Shown: positions 11,703 through 20,029 of the stretch, piece by piece
Layout of the letters: each line of letters opens with the position of its first letter
How positions within the stretch are numbered: position 1 is the first letter of the stretch
Origin: Vulcanimicrobiota bacterium
Lineage (GTDB): Bacteria; Vulcanimicrobiota; Vulcanimicrobiia; Vulcanimicrobiales; Vulcanimicrobiaceae
DNA length: 64,000 nt
Reading direction: 5' to 3'
Assembly (NCBI GenBank): GCA_963820825.1
Contig: CAWGBN010000002.1
Location: forward strand, 347,949-411,948
Notes under the pieces: generated by a model
Told to the model about the DNA's origin: nothing
Databases searched by the model: none
What the model saw: the letters and a program-made list of their open reading frames with translations, nothing else
Translations under genes and position numbers: made by a program

Positions 11703-12514
11703 GCGGCCACTTCCTCCACCAGATTGAGAAACGGCTGGAGATCGGCGGCATCGACGTCCATGCCGACACCCTTGGTGTGATAGCGGATGTCGTGGAAGTC
11801 CATCCCGGCGGTCATCACCAAGCCGTAGCGTTTCGCGGTCTCGCGAAATTCACACGTATCCTCGGGCGAATGAAGCGGATAGAAGACTTCGAGCCCGCGC
11901 AAGCCGTGGCCGACGAGCTCGTCGATGAGCACGCGGTCCTTCAGCCGGCCTGGATGGGCGAGCACCGGAATGCCGCCGGCGGCGGCGATCTGGTCGATCG
12001 CGTGCTCCGGCGTCGTGTATAACTGCGGAACGTATCCGGGCTTGCCGGGAACGAGCGCCTCGCTGAAGGCCTCGTTGACGCTGTTGACGACGCCGAGGCG
12101 CACGAGCGCCTTGGCGACGTGCGGCCGTCCCATCGAGTGCGCGTCGCCCGCCTCGCGAACCACGTCTTCGATCGTGATCGAATAACCGGCGGCGCGCAGC
12201 CGTTCGACCATTGTCACCGCCCGCAGGCGGCGCTGCTCCTGATTGTACTCGAGCAGTTCGTTGATCGCCGACGGCCCCAGCGGGACGCAGTAGCCGAGCA
12301 CGTGGACTTCGTTCTGACGCCACGTCGTGTTGATCTCGATCGAGGGAATCACCCGCGATCCGGGAGGCGGCTCGAAGAGGCCGTACGCGCCGAGCGTATC
12401 GTGGTCGGAGATCGAGAAGAGCTCGACGCCCCGCTCGCCCATGAAATCGGCGAGCTCTTGCGGGCTGAGCGTACCGTCGCTCATCCGAGTGTGGGAGTGG
12501 AGATCAACCTTCAA
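11699..12514 (-). CDS. PHP domain phosphoesterase (YciV-like)
   Basis: DLHSHTRMSDG, SDHDT, GRPHVA, LAHP, GMDFH. Probable TTG start at 12514. Confidence 0.88.
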   Translation of the reverse strand: MKVDLHSHTRMSDGTLSPQELADFMGERGVELFSISDHDTLGAYGLFEPPPGSRVIPSIEINTTWRQNEVHVLGYCVPLGPSAINELLEYNQEQRRLRAVTMVERLRAAGYSITIEDVVREAGDAHSMGRPHVAKALVRLGVVNSVNEAFSEALVPGKPGYVPQLYTTPEHAIDQIAAAGGIPVLAHPGRLKDRVLIDELVGHGLRGLEVFYPLHSPEDTCEFRETAKRYGLVMTAGMDFHDIRYHTKGVGMDVDAADLQPFLNLVEEVAA

Positions 12515-12806
12515 CTTCGACCTTGTCCTCCAGCTTGCGCCGTTCGACGAAGAGTGATATGGCGGTCCGTTCGCTCTCACCGATCGCGACCACGACGAAC
12601 GACGGCGTGCAGACCAAATCGAGTCCCGCGCCGCGCAGATAGCTGCGCGCGATCGCGACCGCCTTGACGGCCTGGTTGATCGCGCCCGCGCCGACTGCCT
12701 GCAACTCGGAAGTCTCGCGTTCGCGCAACGCGGCAGCAAGAGCCCCGGCGACCGCGTTAGGGTTGCTCTTAGCGGATACCTTAAGGGTGACTGCTACGCT
12801 CATCAT
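12504..12806 (-). CDS. spoVS: Stage V sporulation protein S family
   Basis: LKVSAKSNPNAVAGALA, GAGAINQAVKAVAIAR. Confidence 0.93.
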   Translation of the reverse strand: MMSVAVTLKVSAKSNPNAVAGALAAALRERETSELQAVGAGAINQAVKAVAIARSYLRGAGLDLVCTPSFVVVAIGESERTAISLFVERRKLEDKVEVEG

Positions 12807-13588
12807 GCGATACCCCTTAGAAAGATGCGCTTAATCTCGTTGGCCCTACCGGAGGTGGGGTCAATGGCGACGACGGCGCCGCAGAACTGCTTCGGACCGG
12901 TCTTCTGGACGCTAAAGCGTTCCGAAATACCGGTCAGAAACCGATCCAGCACCGCACCGGCCTCCATGCCGATGATGCCCTCGCTGGGGCCCGTCATTCC
13001 TAGATCACTGATGTACGCCGTCCCGCCCGGAAGTATCTGCTCGTCGGAGGTCTGAACGTGGGTATGCGTCCCGAAAATGCAGGAGACCCGGCCGTCGAGG
13101 TACCGCCCGAGGGCGACCTTCTCCGAGGTCGCCTCGGCGTGGACGTCGACCAGAACGACCGGTGTACGGGCGCGAAGCTCCGAGACGAGCGAGTCCGCAC
13201 ACCGGAACGGGTCGTCTACCGGCGGCATGAAGGTCCGTCCCATCACGTTGAGGACGCCGACGGTCACGCCGTTGACGGTAAAGGTCGCGGCGCCGCGCCC
13301 GGGCACCGCCGGGGGGTAGTTCGCCGGACGGATGACGCGACCGCTGCTCTCGAGATATTCGCCGAAGTCGCGCTTATCGAAGATGTGATTGCCGCCGGTG
13401 ATAAAGTCGACACCGGTCGCAAATATCTCTTCGGCGGTCTGCGCGGTCAAACCAAAACCGCCCGCGGCATTTTCGCCGTTGGCGATGCAGGCGTGGATCT
13501 TGTGCTGTTCGCGAAGCAACGAGACGCAACGCTTGAGCACCTCCCGTCCCGGGGACCCCACGACGTCCCCGATGACCAGAAGGTTCAG
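12803..13588 (-). CDS. ymdB: YmdB-family metallophosphoesterase
   Basis: LVIGDVVGSPGR, NGENAAGG, GNH, HAEATSEK, GTHTHVQT, DLGMTG. Start approximate. Confidence 0.9.
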   Translation of the reverse strand: MNLLVIGDVVGSPGREVLKRCVSLLREQHKIHACIANGENAAGGFGLTAQTAEEIFATGVDFITGGNHIFDKRDFGEYLESSGRVIRPANYPPAVPGRGAATFTVNGVTVGVLNVMGRTFMPPVDDPFRCADSLVSELRARTPVVLVDVHAEATSEKVALGRYLDGRVSCIFGTHTHVQTSDEQILPGGTAYISDLGMTGPSEGIIGMEAGAVLDRFLTGISERFSVQKTGPKQFCGAVVAIDPTSGRANEIKRIFLRGIA

Positions 13589-13596
13589 GGGGCTAT

Positions 13597-14148
13597 CTAA
13601 CGGCGAGCCGAGGCCTTCGCTTTCTTTTGAGATTTGAGAAAGTAAACGAGGACGCGCTTCTCTTCTCTAAATCCCACCAAACTCTTCGACTGCGTCGGAT
13701 CGCGCAACGCCTCGACGGCATAGAGCGCGGCTTCATCCTCGGCAGCCGGATCGGCATCGAGCTGATCGTCGGGGTGCGGATTGCGAACCAGCGCCTCGCC
13801 GCAGCGATCGCTGAAGAGTCCCACCTGCAGCTCGAGCTCTTCCTTTGAGAAGGTCTCGAGATCGCGGGTCACGTGCACGAAGGTCAGCGTTCGATCCCCC
13901 TCGCACTCCACGCGCAACACGGCCGGCTCTTCCTTGCCGAACGCGAGAAAGCTGCGGACGTGCTCCTCAACGCCTTCGGCGAGTGCGGCCTGCGCCGACT
14001 TATCGAGACGCTGGCGCACGGCGAACGTCAATCGAAGCGTCCGGTCCGTCGGACCGGAGCGAATCGAGGCCAGTTCCGGAAAACGCACCAAGAGTGCGCA
14101 GACCAGACTGACGGTATCGGCGTTTTCGACCGGTGCTCGCGTGCTCAT
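13597..14148 (-). CDS. Hypothetical protein (183 aa)
   Basis: ATG at 14148 (MSTRAPVENADTVSLVCALLVRFPEL...), GC-biased codons, directly upstream of ymdB. Confidence 0.7.
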   Translation of the reverse strand: MSTRAPVENADTVSLVCALLVRFPELASIRSGPTDRTLRLTFAVRQRLDKSAQAALAEGVEEHVRSFLAFGKEEPAVLRVECEGDRTLTFVHVTRDLETFSKEELELQVGLFSDRCGEALVRNPHPDDQLDADPAAEDEAALYAVEALRDPTQSKSLVGFREEKRVLVYFLKSQKKAKASARR

Positions 14149-14262
14149 GATTCTCGGATCTTCTTTCCGCTTCCAATCCCCCGAGGGCGACGTGCGCCAA
14201 GGGGGAGGGTCGTACGACGCGGTGCCAAGGTCTCCCCTTGCCCCCGCCTGAAAAAGACCGGG

Positions 14263-14817
14263 GTGACCCCGCGGAAGGTTCCGGCCACCCTGATCCTCGG
14301 CTTGCTTGCCTCGTTGGCGGCCCACGCGGCGCTCTTCGGTCGCGGCCATGCCATGGGAGGCGGCTTCCACGCGGTGCTCGTTCAGCTGGCCCTCACCGGG
14401 GCGCTCTGCCTGTTGGCTTTCTTCGGCGCGCTCGCTTGGAACGGCTCGCAGGGTGCAGCGGACGGGAGCATCGTGGCGGCCCGGCTGCGGGCGCGCCTTC
14501 CGGGCCTTGGCACGCTCTTCGCCGGCACGCTGGCCTGGTATGCGGCGGCGGAGGCGCTCGAACCGCATCACGCTTCCGTCTCGCTGGTCGTCACGGGGGT
14601 TGCGGTCGCGGGCATTGCTTGGCTCGTCTTGCAGCTCGCCCGCGCGATCGTCACCATCGTCGCCGGCGCGGTTATCGCCGTATGCCGCGCCGCCTTCTCG
14701 CCGCGAGCGACCTCCCGGCACCGCCGTCCGCGCCAACACCTTATCGCGCGCCGCGCGCCGATCGCGCGCCGTCGCTTCGCCCGTCCTCCTCCGGTCTTTG
14801 CGTTGATCCGCGCCTAG
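14263..14817 (+). CDS. His-containing membrane protein with near-terminal RPPP; putative regulatory leader of the downstream TonB-dependent receptor
   Basis: GTG at 14263. AHAALFGRGHAMGGGFH and LEPHH motifs, about 4 hydrophobic helices, ends ARRRFARPPPVFALIRA 39 nt before the receptor ATG. Confidence 0.7.
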   Translation: MTPRKVPATLILGLLASLAAHAALFGRGHAMGGGFHAVLVQLALTGALCLLAFFGALAWNGSQGAADGSIVAARLRARLPGLGTLFAGTLAWYAAAEALEPHHASVSLVVTGVAVAGIAWLVLQLARAIVTIVAGAVIAVCRAAFSPRATSRHRRPRQHLIARRAPIARRRFARPPPVFALIRA

Positions 14818-14856
14818 CCGCGCACCCAACGCACTCTTTCATTAACCGGAGGGACC

Positions 14857-17286
14857 ATGACTCGCATTTCTGCGGCGCTCGTCGCCGTTCTCATCATGTT
14901 TTCGTACGCCCGACCGGCCGTCGCAGCCGTGAGCGGGCTCGTTCGGGGAACCGTAACCATCGACGGTACGCCGGCCGCCGGAGCGGCCGTAACATTGGAG
15001 GGCGAGGGCTCGAAATTCGCAACCAAAGCGGACTCGAAGGGAGAGTACGTCTTCTCCAACGTGCCGTTCGGCAGATATCGCCTCACCGCAAACATCCCGA
15101 ACGTTCCGCCGCTGCAGGTGGACGTCACCGTCACGAGCGGCGTGGTGGCGACCGTCGATCTGCCGCTCTCCAAGTTACGGCAAATCGCGCAAACCACCGT
15201 GACCGCGCACGCCGGCATAACGAGCTATCCACCCTCGGTCCATCTAATCGACCGCACCCAAATTCAAACGTCGCCCGCTCAAAATAGCCTCGATCGAACG
15301 CTCGAAACGCTGCCGGGCGTCATACCCTTCTCCTACAACGAGCCGGTGATTAACGGATTCCACGGCGTGACCTACAACATCGATGGCGCTCCGCTGCCGC
15401 TGGCAACCACCTCGAACTTCGCCGAAATCATCGATCCCAAGATCATCGACTCACTCGAACTCTACACCGGCGCGATTCCGGCCGAGTACGGTGGCGACCG
15501 GATGGGCGGCGTGGTGAACATCATCAGCAGCCGCCCGACAGACTTCGCCCCAGGCGTATACGGCATCGTCGAAGGGGGAATCGGCAATCAATCGCAGGGC
15601 GTGGGGCAAGTCGAAGCCGCCGCGCGCTTCGGTCAGAGCGAGGCTTTTCTGGATGCCAATACCCAGAGCACCGCGCGTGGCCTGGACGCGCCGACGTTCG
15701 ATGCCATCCACGATAACTCGTCGCAGAGCGACCAGTTCTTCCGCTTCATAACACAACTGACGCCGCGCAGCTCGCTGGCGTTCGACTACTCCAACCAACT
15801 CGCGCAGTTTCAAATACCGATCAACACCGACCCGAACAACCCGTACGACCCGATCTATACCCCGGCCGGAACCGACGACGTCCAGCGCGAGTACGATCGG
15901 TTTTCAAACCTCAACTACACGCTGACCTCCAAAGACGGCAACGGCGTGCTGCAGGTCATCCCCTGGTGGCGCTCAACGCGGATCAACTACGACGGTGACC
16001 TTTTTAACGACGTGCTCGGAGTTACCCCAAACTTCAGCGCCGACGCAATCTGCTTTATGTGCGGCTCGCCGCAAGACGGCTCGGGCTCGGGCTCCGGCAG
16101 CGGCCAGCTGCATAACGTCGGCCTGCTCTCGAACACCGACGCAAGCTATATCGGCTTGCGCGCCTCCGACTTCCGCGCGACGAAGAACCACGCGTGGAAG
16201 ATCGGCTTTGACGTTGACCGCGAATTCCTGGTCGCAAGCCAGGCCTTCGCCTGTTACTATCAACAAGGCTGCGGCGCGACGTACGGCACGCACGATCAGC
16301 CGTATTACCTTACCGCGCCCCCGCAGCAGGGGCAGGCGGGATCGCAGGTCGGCATTTACGGCCAAGATAGCTGGCAACTTTCAAAATACGTCCTCTTCAA
16401 CTACGGCCTTCGCTACGACCACTCGACCGGATACACGAGCGGCAATATGTTTGAACCGCGTCTCGGTCTCAATCTCTGGGACGGCGGCAAAAATACCTAT
16501 CACGTCTTCTACGGCCGGTTCTACGCGGCGCCACTGCTCGAGGACGTGCGACAGGATTGCGTGCTCTTGCAAGGATGCACGGGCGAGCCGGTCTACAACC
16601 TGCTGCCCGAGCAAGACGCCTACGCCGAAATGGGCTGGCAGTACGCGTTCAACCCCGCCTTTACCGGATCGATCAATCTCTTCCGCAAAACGTCGGTTAA
16701 CGTCCTCGACACCACGGAGCTGCTCAATACCCCGCTCTTTGCGGTTTTCAACAACGCGATCGGCATCGACAACGGTGCGGAACTCCGGCTGCAGCAGCGC
16801 CTTCCCAACAACGATCTCTGGTGGTTCACGATGACGTATTCCGGATCGTACGCCGCCTGCGTCTCCGGATCGACGTTTCTCTTTCCACCGAATACCAATG
16901 AACCCGGCGTTTCGTGCGTCGCTCAGCTAGCGCCCGAAGATCACGACGAGACCGTCGTCTCGAGCGCGGCATACACGTGGCGCTTCGGCAAAGGCGGAAA
17001 CTGGTTCACGACCCTGCAGGGTAACTACGGCAGCGGCTTCCCGGTCGCGTTCGAGAGTGCGAATGCGAACCTGAGTGGGCGCCTTCCGGCGCATACGACC
17101 TTCGATCTCGCGGCCGGGCACAACCTCGTCCTCGGCCGTCCCGGCGAAGACCGGGGCCTGGGCGTTCAGCTGATCCTCAACAACATACTGAACCACCAGT
17201 ACGTCATCAAGGTCGCCAACGGGTTCAACACCACGCAGATCTCTAACGGCACGAACTTCCTACTGCGGCTCTCGGCCCCGTTCTAG
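14857..17286 (+). CDS. TonB-dependent receptor
   Basis: Signal peptide, carboxypeptidase-regulatory-like N-domain, plug (YNIDG, PAEYG..MGGVVNI), YGLRYD, NILNHQY, terminal Phe. Confidence 0.9.
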   Translation: MTRISAALVAVLIMFSYARPAVAAVSGLVRGTVTIDGTPAAGAAVTLEGEGSKFATKADSKGEYVFSNVPFGRYRLTANIPNVPPLQVDVTVTSGVVATVDLPLSKLRQIAQTTVTAHAGITSYPPSVHLIDRTQIQTSPAQNSLDRTLETLPGVIPFSYNEPVINGFHGVTYNIDGAPLPLATTSNFAEIIDPKIIDSLELYTGAIPAEYGGDRMGGVVNIISSRPTDFAPGVYGIVEGGIGNQSQGVGQVEAAARFGQSEAFLDANTQSTARGLDAPTFDAIHDNSSQSDQFFRFITQLTPRSSLAFDYSNQLAQFQIPINTDPNNPYDPIYTPAGTDDVQREYDRFSNLNYTLTSKDGNGVLQVIPWWRSTRINYDGDLFNDVLGVTPNFSADAICFMCGSPQDGSGSGSGSGQLHNVGLLSNTDASYIGLRASDFRATKNHAWKIGFDVDREFLVASQAFACYYQQGCGATYGTHDQPYYLTAPPQQGQAGSQVGIYGQDSWQLSKYVLFNYGLRYDHSTGYTSGNMFEPRLGLNLWDGGKNTYHVFYGRFYAAPLLEDVRQDCVLLQGCTGEPVYNLLPEQDAYAEMGWQYAFNPAFTGSINLFRKTSVNVLDTTELLNTPLFAVFNNAIGIDNGAELRLQQRLPNNDLWWFTMTYSGSYAACVSGSTFLFPPNTNEPGVSCVAQLAPEDHDETVVSSAAYTWRFGKGGNWFTTLQGNYGSGFPVAFESANANLSGRLPAHTTFDLAAGHNLVLGRPGEDRGLGVQLILNNILNHQYVIKVANGFNTTQISNGTNFLLRLSAPF

Positions 17287-17306
17287 CGAGCCACGCCGCA
17301 CCTAAA

Positions 17307-19733
17307 CTAGGGCCGGAATCGCACGCCCATGCTGAGCTCGCGACCCGGCCCAAAGTGATTGCCTTGGGCGTTGATCAGCGTAACGTAGTATCGATCGTTG
17401 AGCAGGTTTTGGACGTCGAGCGTCAAGGCGGCCTTGGGCCACAGCGCGATCCCTTCTTCGACGTCAAAGGTTGTGTGCGGCGTCTGTTTGCAGTATCCAG
17501 GCGTACCGGGCGGACAGAAATCCGAAGAGAGGCCGCTCCCGTATTCGGCGTCGGCCGAGAACCAGCCGCCGCGCCGGTCGTTGAGCAAGATCCCGCCGGT
17601 AACTGTATACCGCTGCTCGTGGTCAGCCGGCGTAAATCCCGTATCCTGTCCGAAGCATGGAGCGAGCAGCTGCGTTTCGCATCCCGCATTGAGCGAGACG
17701 ACGTGAGCGAATGAAACGTACGCGCGGCCGTTGCGGGTTAGCGGCTGGGTATAAGTGACGGCTTCTTGCGACAACCGCCCAAGGACGTAGTTGATGTCTT
17801 GATGCAGCAGCGTCGCGCCGACTTGCGTGTCGTCGATGAGGTCGTTCGCGTTCTTCTGCCAAATGCGAAAGCCGAGATCGCCGGAGCCGATCGGGACGTG
17901 CCCGCCGAACTCGAGCTGCGTGTCGCGTTCCGGCTTGAGATCGAACTGCGCGAGCGTACGCTGTAACGGCAGGTTGAGCAGATGCGCCGTGTACGGGCTC
18001 ACGTTTTCGAATGAAAACGGCTCGAAGAACCGGCCGGCGTACGCGTAGAGGCTTGCCCTTCGGCCAAAAAGACGCGTTAGCTTGATCCGAGGGCTGAAGG
18101 CCCCGAAGCCTTGTCCGAAGTTAGGCGACTTGATGGTGAAGAAATCGTAGCGGATCCCATAATCGGCTTGCCAGCGATCACCCATGCGCCAGCTGTCTTG
18201 AAGGTACGTTTGGTAGGTGTTCCCGATATTTGGGGAATCGTCGACGACCGTCGCCGGCGCGAGGGGCGTGTTCGGGCTGAGAATAGGGGCGAGATAGTTA
18301 TTGGGCTGTAACGAGATCGCGTAATACTTCAAGATGCGGCTGAGATCGTATGACACTCCGGCTGCCACGTTATGCTGCCCGAAGACTTGAGTATAGTCCG
18401 CCTGCATGATGTAGTTGAGCTCGGTGCGCGTGTCGGCCAGCGAAACGCCGCACATCGTCGGGAACGCGCTCGGATTTGCGGGAGCCAGCGTGAACGCGTT
18501 GGCGCAATCCGTGGAGCTGCCGCTGTTGCCGAATGGCGCCGGCGTACGATTCAGCGATTCGCCGTAGGTCCAATCGTTGACCGGATCGCCGTAATCTTGA
18601 ATCCTCCCCGCGCTATACGCCGGGCCGTAGGTTAGCGCACCCATGCTTCCGATGGCGTGGTGAAACTGTACGCCGAGAAACGTGTCTGCCTGCGTTTCGT
18701 TGTCGTCGGTATCGCCCGGTTCCCCGTAGGCAGTGTCGTTGGGAATCTGAAAGGTGCTGTGGCTATTGATAAACGTGATGTTGGTAAAGTTGTTTGCGCC
18801 CGCCGGTAGGGTAAAGCGAGCGAACTGACCCAGGGAGCTCGTATCGTTGTGAGGCGAGTTCCAATCGGGAGGGTCGAGTCCGCGCGTGCTCGTCAATCCG
18901 CTGAACGCTACGTCGAAGCCGCCTCCGCCTTCCAGCGGTGCGTGATAGCCGAACGTGTACTGCGCGTTCGAGTACGATCCAAAGCTGGCGTAACCGTCGA
19001 CTCCTGGCGGCCCGGTCCCCGCCCTCGTCGACAAATTGAAGATTGCCCCGAATCGTAATCCATACTGCGCGGGGTACGCACCCTCGATGAGATCGACGAA
19101 GGAGAGGTCGTTGATGTTGATCTCACTGCCGATGTCTCGGTTCAGCTCCTGCGGCAGCTGCACGCCGTCGACCGTGTAGTTGATGACACCGTGGTCGCCG
19201 TTGATATGGACGACGCCGTTCGCGCCTTGAACGGCTCCGGGCATCTGCAGCTGCATTTGCGTGAAGTTGTTGTCGAAGGGAAGCCGCGTTAGGTCGGTAC
19301 CGTTCAACACGACGTCGCTGCCGCTCCCATGGATCGCGAGCGATTGCGTTCGGCTAACGACCGCGTGGGCGATCTCCGTGAGTTTCGCAAGCGGGATGAC
19401 GATCTCGGCGCCGCCGCCGGCAAGGTCGACCCGGACGAGTCCGAGCAGGTCTCCCGTTTTCGCCTCGACGTCGTACGTGCCCGGCGCGAGCGGCGGAAAC
19501 GAGAAGCGTCCGGCGGCATCGGTCGTCGCCCTTACGGTTAGATTGTTTCCCGAGGCCGTGACCGAGACGTTGGGTGCGGGCCTTCCCTCGTTCGTCACCC
19601 TGCCCCGTATGAATGCGCTCGCATTTACCGCATATGCCGGTGATGCGCAGAGGAAAATTAGGAGAGCCGCGATCGATGCGGCGAGCGGCGCTCCGCTCGT
19701 CGCGCGCACGCAGGCGCGAAGCCATGACACCAT
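17307..19733 (-). CDS. TonB-dependent receptor
   Basis: AGGAG RBS, N-terminal domain, plug (YTVDG, YPAQYGLRFGAIFNL), YGIRYD, LKPERD, NLLNDRY. Confidence 0.9.
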   Translation of the reverse strand: MVSWLRACVRATSGAPLAASIAALLIFLCASPAYAVNASAFIRGRVTNEGRPAPNVSVTASGNNLTVRATTDAAGRFSFPPLAPGTYDVEAKTGDLLGLVRVDLAGGGAEIVIPLAKLTEIAHAVVSRTQSLAIHGSGSDVVLNGTDLTRLPFDNNFTQMQLQMPGAVQGANGVVHINGDHGVINYTVDGVQLPQELNRDIGSEININDLSFVDLIEGAYPAQYGLRFGAIFNLSTRAGTGPPGVDGYASFGSYSNAQYTFGYHAPLEGGGGFDVAFSGLTSTRGLDPPDWNSPHNDTSSLGQFARFTLPAGANNFTNITFINSHSTFQIPNDTAYGEPGDTDDNETQADTFLGVQFHHAIGSMGALTYGPAYSAGRIQDYGDPVNDWTYGESLNRTPAPFGNSGSSTDCANAFTLAPANPSAFPTMCGVSLADTRTELNYIMQADYTQVFGQHNVAAGVSYDLSRILKYYAISLQPNNYLAPILSPNTPLAPATVVDDSPNIGNTYQTYLQDSWRMGDRWQADYGIRYDFFTIKSPNFGQGFGAFSPRIKLTRLFGRRASLYAYAGRFFEPFSFENVSPYTAHLLNLPLQRTLAQFDLKPERDTQLEFGGHVPIGSGDLGFRIWQKNANDLIDDTQVGATLLHQDINYVLGRLSQEAVTYTQPLTRNGRAYVSFAHVVSLNAGCETQLLAPCFGQDTGFTPADHEQRYTVTGGILLNDRRGGWFSADAEYGSGLSSDFCPPGTPGYCKQTPHTTFDVEEGIALWPKAALTLDVQNLLNDRYYVTLINAQGNHFGPGRELSMGVRFRP

Positions 19734-19790
19734 AAGATGCTCCTAGCACAAGAGAGAGTTGAGTACGGCCGGCGAGGCCGCGCTAAGTGG

Positions 19791-19955
19791 CTAGGAGCGA
19801 GGCGGAGGACGGTTCCCCCGCGTTGATGCGAAGGTTGCATAGGTCGGAGTGACGTCGGCGACGGCGAACCGTGGGATGGAATGCGCCGCGTGGTCGCACA
19901 CCGACCCCGAGAAAACCAATGCCGGGCAGACCGGGCAGCCTCTCCAATGCTGCAT
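19791..19955 (-). CDS. 54-aa CxxC/RPPP leader peptide (CruR/DUF2946-like), not in the ORF track
   Basis: Hand translation: MQHWRGCPVCPALVFSGSVCDHAAHSIPRFAVADVTPTYATFASTRGNRPPPRS*. Stop lies 57 nt before the receptor ATG. Confidence 0.75.
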   Translation of the reverse strand: MQHWRGCPVCPALVFSGSVCDHAAHSIPRFAVADVTPTYATFASTRGNRPPPRS

Positions 19956-19957
19956 AC

Positions 19958-19974
19958 TTGCAACTTATTCGCAA
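19958..19974. promoter_or_regulatory. Imperfect AT-rich palindrome, possible Fur-family operator
   Basis: TTGCAACTTATTCGCAA (minus strand TTGCGAATAAGTTGCAA), between a -10-like TATATT and the leader ATG. Confidence 0.5.
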
Positions 19975-20029
19975 ATATAGCCGGGAGGACCTTTGGCTAC
20001 CGGGAGTAGATTAAGATTTTTTGGAGCAG

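Noticed and set aside
13597..14829. 410-aa minus-strand ORF and 314-aa plus-strand ORF 13873-14817
   Set aside because: Over-extended starts in GC-rich DNA; better explained by divergent genes starting at 14148 (-) and 14263 (+).
19658..19974. ORF-track calls 19658-19963 and 19783-19974
   Set aside because: Alternative frames without recognisable motifs; the third frame (19955-19791) carries CxxC and RPPP.
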